Positions 54,277 to 64,000 of a stretch of DNA of 64,000 nucleotides are shown here, piece by piece (the stretch's first letter is position 1; the number at the start of each line of letters is the position of its first letter). A program made the position numbers and the translations under genes. The notes beneath the pieces are model-generated. The model saw only the letters and a program-made list of their open reading frames with translations, made no database searches and was not told the origin of the DNA. Source of the stretch: Octopus sinensis (lineage: Eukaryota); the NCBI RefSeq assembly GCF_006345805.1, contig NC_042999.1:39184001-39248000 (forward strand). Reading direction: 5' to 3'.

Positions 54277-54946
54277 TCTACACAATAACTGTTTTTCAAC
54301 TGAAACCATTCCAAACATACGAGACCTAATATTGTTGTATAGTTATTGAATCTCGTAATAAAAGAATTGAAACGCATAGTACTCGATAGTCAATATACAT
54401 GAATGTGAATAGACAACAGAATTGAAAGTGCGAAAGCAATCGATAATAAATAACTCAGAAAAAATACAATTTACATACATCCAATATTCTACTCTTTATT
54501 ACAAACACAACCTAAGAAAGACAGGGTTTTAATACATTATCCACAAGAACATTCCAGTAGTCAGATAAGATGTATGATTGAAGCAAATGCTCGAAATGCA
54601 CAAAATAACCCAAAGTACACGCCGCTCAAAATACCTTAAAATTACTCTCCAGTGTTAAATTATCCTATACAAACCCCGCACTAATAGCTGCATGCGCCGG
54701 GGGAGTGAGAGTGGCGACATTTGGCTTAATGAGTCTAGGCCCGACAGCACTCGCGCCATGTACATTAATGCAGTGTAACACAAGACGTTGAAATGTGCAG
54801 GCCTAGCTGCTACACTTCGGATGCAAGTTCTTTAGTGTCTGTGAAAGAAGATCGCATCCTCAAATTCTAAGAAATGAAAATATAAAAAAGCCAGAGTGGG
54901 AGAACATTTTGCAGCACGGTTGAAGAAGATAAACCTTTGTGCCTTA

Positions 54947-56070
54947 CGAGGGGCGTTCAATAAGTAATGCCCCTGACCCACTTCCCATAGCAGTAGAGCA
55001 ACGAAACTTGGCACAGTTATTAGTCTTTTTCTACATAGGAACCACCCAGAGTTACGCATTTCTTCCATTGTTTGATGCAGCTCTGGAGACCGTTTTTGTA
55101 GAAGACCCCCAGCTTGGTCCTCCAACCACGACGTGACTTCAGAAATCAAGGCTGCATCATCTGGGAAACGCTTTCCTTTCAAAAACAACTTCATGACTGG
55201 GAAGAGGTGAAAATCAGAGGGTGCAAGGTCAGGAAAGTACGGGGATGGGGGAGGAGTTCATAGCCATACGCCTGTGCTTCTGATCTGGCGACAACCGAGT
55301 TGTGGACCGGAGCGTTGTCCTGCAGGAGGAGGATGCCTTTGCTGATCTTGCCCCGCCTCTTGATTTTGATAACTTCTCTTAATTTCCTCAAAAGTGAAGC
55401 ATAATAGGCTCCTGCAATTGTGGTACCCTTTGCCAAGAAATCTGTCATCACTATTCCGTCCTGGTCCCAGAAGACTGTGAGCATGACCTTGCCAGCGGAG
55501 GGCTGCACCCTTGCCTTCTTTGGAGGGGGTGAATCACGGTGCCTCCACTGCATTGACTGGGCTTTTGTCTCTGGATCATCGTGATGGACTCAGGTTTCAT
55601 CCTGTGTAATCAGTCTTTTGAAAAATTTTGACTCATCTTCTTGGCACATCTCCAAATTCACCCTCGAGCACTCGACGCGTTCTTGCTTCTGGAAAGGCGT
55701 GAGCAACCTGGGAATCCATCTGGCAGACACCTTTTGCGTATGCAAATGGTCATGAATGATAGTTTCCACAGACCCGGTACTAATCTTGACCTCATGGGCT
55801 ATTTGGCGAATAATTATGCGTCGATCTTCCAAAATGGCAGCCTCAACTTGACGGACAGATGCCTCATCAATGGCAGAAGGGGCGACCAGATCTGGGAGCT
55901 GTTTCCACAGAGTTCCGACCATGTTTGAATTCACGATGCCAGCGTTTTACAAGGTCATATGATGGGGCATCATCACCATAAATTACTTTCATTTCATCAA
56001 AAGTCTCCCGTGGTATGCGTCCTTTCAAATACAAAAACCGGATCACTGCTCGACACTTAACAGGCTCCAT
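54947..56070 (-). mobile_element. Near full-length mariner (DD34D, irritans-like) with pseudogenised transposase (55020-56070)
   Basis: MEPVKCRAVIRFL...RSGRP...KVSARWIPRLL...LITQDET*VHH...QDNAPVH...PYFPDLAPSDFHLF...YVEKD*; TA plus TIR cgaggggcgttcaataag at 54945; the matching TIR on the other side was not found. Confidence 0.92.
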
Positions 56071-57534
56071 TTCACACTTGACTCGGTTCAAACACCTGTA
56101 AATCAGAAACCACAATTAATTCAGAGCTGCAATTTGCCACTTAATCTATAGAGATATAAATGATTGCACATGCAATCACTGTACTCTCAAATGAGGTTTG
56201 TGGAATCGAAGCATCGTGTAATCGTTACAAACGAACACCTGGCAAAACTAATTTTTTCATCCTTGACATCATAGCCACAAATTTCAACGACCAAAAGCCA
56301 AGACAGAGACCCACAAGACCTCAACTGGCAGTAAATAGCTGCTTTAACCACTCGATATTTGTAGCATTGTCTGTTTTTCATGAAAATGTTATAAGATAAA
56401 TTTTGTAGAGTGATGCACTCTTTTACCTTTTACTTGTTTCATGAACACCTAATGATCTTTACAAAAAAAAAACTATTTTGAATGTCAGTTCTTACGCTTC
56501 TATTTTATCCTACACTGCATATATATAACCCAGCAAGGGCATTGATTGAAGAAGAAACCAGCGCAGTCAAACCTTTGACCCAGAGACGCTTCCTTTTTAT
56601 TCTTCTTCTCCTCCTCTATCTTCGTAAACACTCCTACTAACAACGTTATCCTGTTATCACTCTATAAAATAGCCATGTTGCCTGTGATACACCAGCATAT
56701 TATACTAATAATTTTTATTCATTCGAGCTAGTTGGTCTCCTACACTTTCTATTAATCCCCATCTTCTATTTACCCATATTCTGCCTAACATGCATGCCAA
56801 TCTTACATAGTTCATAAATTGAAGTAATTTTCACCGAGAGTTTCCACATATTTCAGTGCACTGCCATCCGATTTTATCTTCAAGGCATCAGGCGTCCACG
56901 ACGTTTAAATGCTAGATACAAAAGCATTTTATGAAAATGAAAGCAAAAATATATATACAAGATTAGTTGTAGATTACAGATTGGTATTTCTGAAACATGA
57001 TATATTTCTGTTCAACATTGAAAATGTAACGCTTTATGATAAATAAATTTGATAAAAACCAACTTCTAGTACACATGAATTAATCACCAAGATGATAAAG
57101 ACAACCTACTTTAGGTTGTTAATACGAAAGTATTTTATTGATATAGAGATAGGAACATCATAATTATTGAGCAAACAGTGCGCTCATGTGCCGGATATAT
57201 ATTTAACGAAGTAGGAACTCATAACGACAAAAACCTTTAAGTGAGTGCTGCGGCAAAAATGTATTTTACATGTTATATAATATAAAAGTAATATTCGTAT
57301 TGTATGCAACAAAATGGATATGAGCACATCACATGAAAAACTGCAAAAACAATCTTCTCGGAAGGCATTACTCTGACTACCGGTAGGCGTTTCCAGCTTC
57401 TTCGGTGAAATTATATTAAAGTCTTAACAAGCCACTTGTTCAGTTGATTAAAGAACTATTGAAAATATATCGAAACGTTTTTGCTCGTACAATCGCAGAG
57501 TCTACATAAAAGAATACATTGAAATACACACATA

Positions 57535-58270
<736 letters not shown>

Positions 58271-58619
58271 GCATAAGTTGTGCGTTTTAGCGTATGTGTG
58301 TGCTTGTGTGAATGTATCGCGAGCTCTTGTGCTTGCGCATTTATGGATATGGGAATTCCTGAATTACCACAATATTACTAATGAGGTTTAAGTAAAGGAT
58401 TTATGATTACTGAAAGATAATAAAATATAAATTTAAACCGATCATTTATAGAGAATTTCTGCTGTAGATAGATTCCTGCAATTATAACTATAGACAGATT
58501 GATGGAAACTGTAAAAAAAAATATAAAAGACATAACTGCATATAATATCAGTAATAAGGAAGTATGCATTTAGATGTTTCCTATTGATGAACTTACTTCT
58601 ATTGAAGAAAAAGCATGCA

Positions 58620-58629
58620 CATTATATAT

Positions 58630-58703
<74 letters not shown>

Positions 58704-58856
58704 ATATTATGTATCTGGTGTATATATATATATAATATATATAATATAAATATATATATATATCATATTATATATATAAGATATATATTATATATATAAT
58801 ATATTTATATATATATATATATTTGTATATATATATTATATATATATATATATATA

Positions 58857-58895
<39 letters not shown>

Positions 58896-58900
58896 TATAT
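58620..58900. repeat. Imperfect (TA)n tract
   Basis: Direct reading. Confidence 0.95.
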
Positions 58901-59627
58901 GAGAGTGTGTTTAAGTGTTAGTGCGCGTGCGTGTGTGCGTGCATGTTTCTGTATATGTGGGTATCTCTGCGTGCGTTTGATTGTATTTGTAGTGATATAT
59001 AAGAATTAAAAGCCTGTGGCGATCACAGAACGCTCCTCTAGTGGGCCCGGCTATCATACTACATAGTAATCAAATACGAAGGAATATAATATAGAATTCT
59101 GTGCAGCTGAAATCCAGGACATCGAATCGTTGAACTCATTTCATGAGGTGTATATAGAGAATAAAAAAAATATCAGGGGTGATGAGAGATATTTACTGAA
59201 ATACCTCTTAGAACTAGGCTTACGGTCGATTCGCTGCATTCATCATGTAATAATAATTTCATAGCATAATAAACTGCTTTACCTGCCTGCACCATTATGC
59301 ATGATACACAATGTATGGTATACATGTACGATTCAGCTAGGATATAGAAGCGTAGGTCATTAGACAACCAGAACATCATAGTTAGGCCAATGCTGCTATT
59401 TCTGCATTGATTTGTAAACATACAATTATACTGAGCAATGTCTAACATGTATATTGGTGCAGACATGAAAAAGAATTTATTAGTCACTGAAATTGTTGTT
59501 ACGTGATGTAGGATGCTAAAGGGACATAATACGAAGGATATCAAGTGCTTAAAGAAATCATATTTACCTCTTCTACCTCCCCACATTTTATTTGATATTC
59601 GATGTACGCATATTGGCACGTGTTTAT

Positions 59628-59686
<59 letters not shown>

Positions 59687-59886
59687 ACCACTACTACATG
59701 AACCTGAAGATTGCAGAATTTAATGCATGGAAGTACTAGTTCAATCAGAATGAACATTTAACATTCTATTATTTTATCTTATTTTGTTATATTATATTAT
59801 CTTATATCATTATAAGATTGTAAATAAAACGTGAAAATCAGACAAGGTTGGAATTCCTTTTATTAATATTATATATATATATATAT

Positions 59887-61693
59887 AAGTAATACTAAGC
59901 AATAAGGGTTTAGCAACGAATTGCCTTACCACATACCGAATTTAGAAATAGCAGTCAAAGGGTTATAGCTATTTCTTCTACTAAAAAGGGAGATCTCAGT
60001 AAAAACAGCAATTGGAAGGCTGACACAAACAGGTAAGAGAGAATGAATTGACTGCAATCTATCATACATTTTTTAAGTTATCTACGGACGTACGTTTCGA
60101 AATCAAGTTTTTAGGAAAGCATAAGAATTAAATATTAAATATTAAATAATTCTATCTTACCGAAACTTCTTTTCTCTTCAGCGTAGAATACTATAATCAT
60201 AATGATTATATATTGAATTTTGAGATACTAGGAGGCACCAACTCAACTCAGTATCAGAGCGAGCTAGAATCCGCAACTAGTATCACCGAATTCAAATTTG
60301 TGAATGAAACGATTGTGTCAACAGCCCCTTCCCACCCGCGTGTAGCCAAAACAAGATGCTGTGGTCATCTACTGAGATAAAATATGGTTATCCGTAATAA
60401 TGAAGGGTGAAATTAATTAATTTGGAATAATTATCAATTACACCAAGTAGTCTTCGGCATGTAAAAGCCTCATTCGAGGAAAATTTAAGTAATACTAAGC
60501 AATAAGGGTTTAGCAACGAATTGCATCTTGTTTTGGCTACACGCGGGTGGGAAGGGGCTGTTGACACAATCGTTTCATTCACAAATTTGAATTCGGTGAT
60601 ACTAGTTGCGGATTCTAGCTCGCTCTGATACTGAGTTGAGTTGGTGCCTCCTAGTATCTCAAAATTCAATATATAATCATTTATGATTATAGTATTCTAC
60701 GCTGAAGAGAAAAGAAGTTTCGTAAGATAGAATTATTTAATATTTAATATTTAATTCTTATGCTTTCCTAAAAACTTGATTTCGAAACGTACGTCCGTAG
60801 ATAACTTAAAAAATGTATGATAGATTGCAGTCAATTCATTCTCTCTTACCTGTTTGTGTCAGCCTTCCAATTGCTGTTTTTACTGAGATCTCCCTTTTTA
60901 GTAGAAGAAATAGCTATAACCCTTTGACTGCTATTTCTAAATTCGGTATGTGGTAAGGCAATTCGTTGCTAAACCCTTATTGCTTAGTATTACTTAAATT
61001 TTCCTCCTCGAATGAGGCTTTTACATGCCGAAGACTACTTGGTGTAATTGATAATTATTCCAAATTAATTAATTTCACCCTTCATTATTACGGATAACCA
61101 TATTTTATCTCAGTAGATGACCACAGCATCTTGTTTTGGCTACACGCGGGTGGGAAGGGGCTGTTGACACAATCGTTTCATTCACAAATTTGAATTCGGT
61201 GATACTAGTTGCGGATTCTAGCTCGCTCTGATACTGAGTTGAGTTGGTGCCTCCTAGTATCTCAAAATTCAATATATAATCATTTATGATTATAGTATTC
61301 TACGCTGAAGAGAAAAGAAGTTTCGGTAAGATAGAATTATTTAATATTTAATATTTAATTCTTATGCTTTCCTAAAAACTTGATTTCGAAACGTACGTCC
61401 GTAGATAACTTAAAAAATGTATGATAGATTGCAGTCAATTCATTCTCTCTTACCTGTTTGTGTCAGCCTTCCAATTGCTGTTTTTACTGAGATCTCCCTT
61501 TTTAGTAGAAGAAATAGCTATAACCTTTTGACTGCTATTTCTAAATTCGGTATGTGTAAGGCAATTCGTTGCTAAACCCTTATTGCTTAGTATTACTTAA
61601 ATTTTCCTCGAATGAGGCTTTTACATGCCGAAGACTACTTGGTGTAATTGATAATTATTCCAAATTAATTAATTTCACCCTTCATTATTACGA

Positions 61694-61697
<4 letters not shown>
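59887..61697. repeat. Tandem array of a 600-bp unit with an orientation flip at ~60524, embedded in (TA)n
   Basis: aagtaatactaagc occurs at 59887 and 60487; the reverse-orientation atcttgttttggc occurs at 60525 and 61128; copies near-identical. Confidence 0.95.
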
Positions 61698-61746
<49 letters not shown>

Positions 61747-61958
61747 ATATATATATATATATATTATATATATATCATAATAATAAATATTATGGAATAA
61801 ATCCAAATTTACAGGGAAAAAATCAGATTTAGGATTAAATCCAATTTTATAGTAAAATATTATATAATATTAATTAGAGACAAAACCACTATTTTGCAAA
61901 ACAAACAAGGAAAGACTTAATCAATACATAAGATTTTAATAAAAAGTCAAAAAAACCG

Positions 61959-62001
61959 CCACTACAATTGTTTCTTGTCCTGATCGACAATCTTCAGGTG
62001 G
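61959..62001 (-). ncRNA. Minimal type I hammerhead ribozyme
   Basis: Reverse complement of 62069-62111. Confidence 0.8.
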
Positions 62002-62068
62002 ACTTCCAATTTTCAAGTCAGTTTCAAATTATGAAGTCATAATTTGAACTGACTTGAAAATTGGAAGT

Positions 62069-62111
62069 CCACCTGAAGATTGTCGATCAGGACAAGAAAC
62101 AATTGTAGTGG
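62069..62111 (+). ncRNA. Minimal type I hammerhead ribozyme
   Basis: ccac-CTGAAGA-ttgtc gatcag gacaa-GAAA-caattg-TA-gtgg; palindromic stem III ACAATTGT; GUA triplet. Confidence 0.82.
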
Positions 62112-62196
62112 CGGTTTTTTTGACTTTTTATTAAAATCTTATGTATTGATTAAGTCTTTCCTTGTTTGTTTTGCAAAATAGTGGTTTTGTCTCTAA

Positions 62197-62255
<59 letters not shown>

Positions 62256-62281
62256 TTATGTATATATATATATACATATAC

Positions 62282-62328
<47 letters not shown>

Positions 62329-62354
62329 GTATATATATATATACATAAATGTAC

Positions 62355-62390
<36 letters not shown>

Positions 62391-62392
<2 letters not shown>

Positions 62393-62568
62393 TTACTTAT
62401 TCATCTATGTGTGTGTGTAAGCACATGATATTTAGATTATATTGAACATACATACGTATACACGCGCACACAGATATATATGTATGTAAATAAGGAAATG
62501 ATATTTCGGAACTGTGATTGATGAATTGTTATAGAGATAGCTAAATAGGTTGATAGAGAGATAGAGAT
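62391..62568 (+). repeat. Direct repeat, copy 1 (copy 2 at 63821-64000, running off the window edge)
   Basis: atttacttattcatctatgtgtgtgtgtaagcac...gatagagagatagagata is nearly identical at an offset of 1430 bp. Confidence 0.9.
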
Positions 62569-63639
62569 AGAAAAGAACGGAAATGGAAGAGGGTCGGAAT
62601 GGAAGTAGGCCAACTGATTCCTTTGAAAGTCGGAAATGTCCAACCTGTCCTTTGTTGATCAATAACTACTAAAATGTTTTGATTCTACTTACAGGATTTA
62701 GGATTGCCGATTTTAATATACTCATTTGGAAAAGCTTTCTTATAGTACATTCGATGTGAGTCATGTTTTCCCTCACATTTACGACAAGTAGCGTAAAATT
62801 AACAACCTCTACATTTACGAATAGTAAATGAACTTATATAAATAATATGGCCTGGTCAATGTAAGGCAGTAGAAACAGAAGTGTGATGTAGAACAGATAT
62901 TTCGGAATCGTACTGAGGTTTATGCATGACAAACATTTAGAAATACGATTCCTCATATTTAGATTTAATCTTTGAGTCGTACATTTAGATTTACTTAATA
63001 TTTCTTTCGAATTTCAGCACAAAGCCAGCACGTTGAGGGAAGGTGTATGTCGAAAACATAGACCCCATTCGGGAACTGTTACCTATTTTATTGAAGCTGA
63101 AACACGACCCCAGTGATATTTTGACTCAAAATATCAAGTCGAAAGTAAGCTGTTTATGCGCTTTACTTTACATTGTTTCGTAATTCCCACTTGTAGTTAT
63201 TATAAGTCTAAAAGTGGATTACACTTTAAAACAATATTTGATATTTGAGTTTCTGAAAGGGTATGATCGCAACTCTCGGGAATAGCCATTGTGTAAATCA
63301 TATGCAGATTTCTTAAAAATAGTAAAACCGCCAATTAATCCAGATGAGATTATATTAGCATCACACTACATATCTGTGTGTCATTATATGTATGTGTGAA
63401 TGTCTGTGTGTGTTCATGTGCCGATGTGTGTGTTTATGTCTGTCTCTGTGTGGGTGTGTTTGAGCAAATATAGCTACACATATTTTGCTTGGCGAATTAT
63501 TTTACTCTCTGGCTATTTCGAATTTCATATAACAGAATATATGTGTGTGTGTGTATGTGTGAGTGTGTCTGTGTGCATGTATGTAAGTGTGTGTATGTGT
63601 ATGTGTGTGCGCGCGTGTATATATGTATACACTTTGGGA

Positions 63640-63783
63640 CAAGAAGCTTATTTTCCCAACCAGATGGTTCCAAGTTTAATCCCACAGCATGGCATCTTCG
63701 GCAGACGTCTCCTAATGTAGCCTCGGCAAGACCAAAGTCTTGTGAATGTATTTGGTAGTTAGAAACTGAAAGAAAACTGCCTC

Positions 63784-63785
<2 letters not shown>
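63640..63785 (+). mobile_element. Truncated SINE family A head
   Basis: ttcccaaccagatggttccaagtttaatcccacagcatggcatc..gtagcctcgg..gaccaaagtcttgtga. Confidence 0.65.
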
Positions 63786-63818
<33 letters not shown>

Positions 63819-63820
63819 AT

Positions 63821-64000
63821 ATTTACTTATTCATCTATGTGTGTGTGTAAGCACATGATATTTAGATATATATTGAACATACATACATATACACGCGCAC
63901 ACAGATATATATGTATGTAAATAAGGAAATGATATTTCGGAACTGTGATTGATGAATTGTTATAGAGATAGCTAAATAGGTTGATAGAGAGATAGAGATA
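63821..64000 (+). repeat. Direct repeat, copy 2
   Basis: See 62391. Confidence 0.9.

Larger units (their letters stand above)
61860..62210. repeat. Near-perfect palindrome (~174-bp arms, 2-nt centre at 62035-62036)
   Basis: ...caaattatga-ag-tcataatttg...; the arms differ by about one indel. Confidence 0.95.

Noticed and set aside
59173-59757. 194-aa ORF and a MYIGAD trace suggesting GIY-YIG
   Set aside because: The ORF begins in microsatellite and the rest has no recognisable motif; a single YIG is insufficient.
60695-60735. Hammerhead in the 600-bp unit (ctgaaga-gaaa agaag tttc-ggta)
   Set aside because: Lacks GAAA after stem II and has no convincing stems I or III; not called.
62570-62665. 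Peptide traces RKCPTCP / KWKRVGMEVGQLIPL
   Set aside because: Short, stop-bounded and without splice support; cannot be assigned to a PLE or a host gene.

Overview
AT-rich eukaryotic genomic DNA, densely packed with microsatellites and transposon debris. The SINE families and (TA)n/(AAT)n load are most consistent with an octopus-like cephalopod genome (inference from recalled repeat families, not verified). No host protein-coding gene could be recognised with confidence. Most ORFs in the supplied track are microsatellite translations or TE remnants. Recognisable TE remnants: Tx1/L1-like, RTE, R4/Dong-like and CR1/L2-like LINEs; two different Penelope-like (PLE) GIY-YIG ends; mariner and maT(DD37D) transposases; non-autonomous Helitrons; a piggyBac-like end; at least three tRNA-derived SINE families. 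The main unexplained signal is a set of small non-coding elements carrying minimal type I hammerhead ribozymes (HHRs) with palindromic stem III. These include (i) a ~475-bp tandem array that flips orientation and has one HHR per unit (retrozyme-like), (ii) a ~350-bp palindrome with two intact HHRs, (iii) a solo intact HHR, and (iv) a tRNA-headed, (AAT)n-containing, HHR-tailed SINE-like element found twice as head-to-head pairs. All coordinates were read by eye; element boundaries are approximate, typically within tens of bp, while HHR positions were counted directly.
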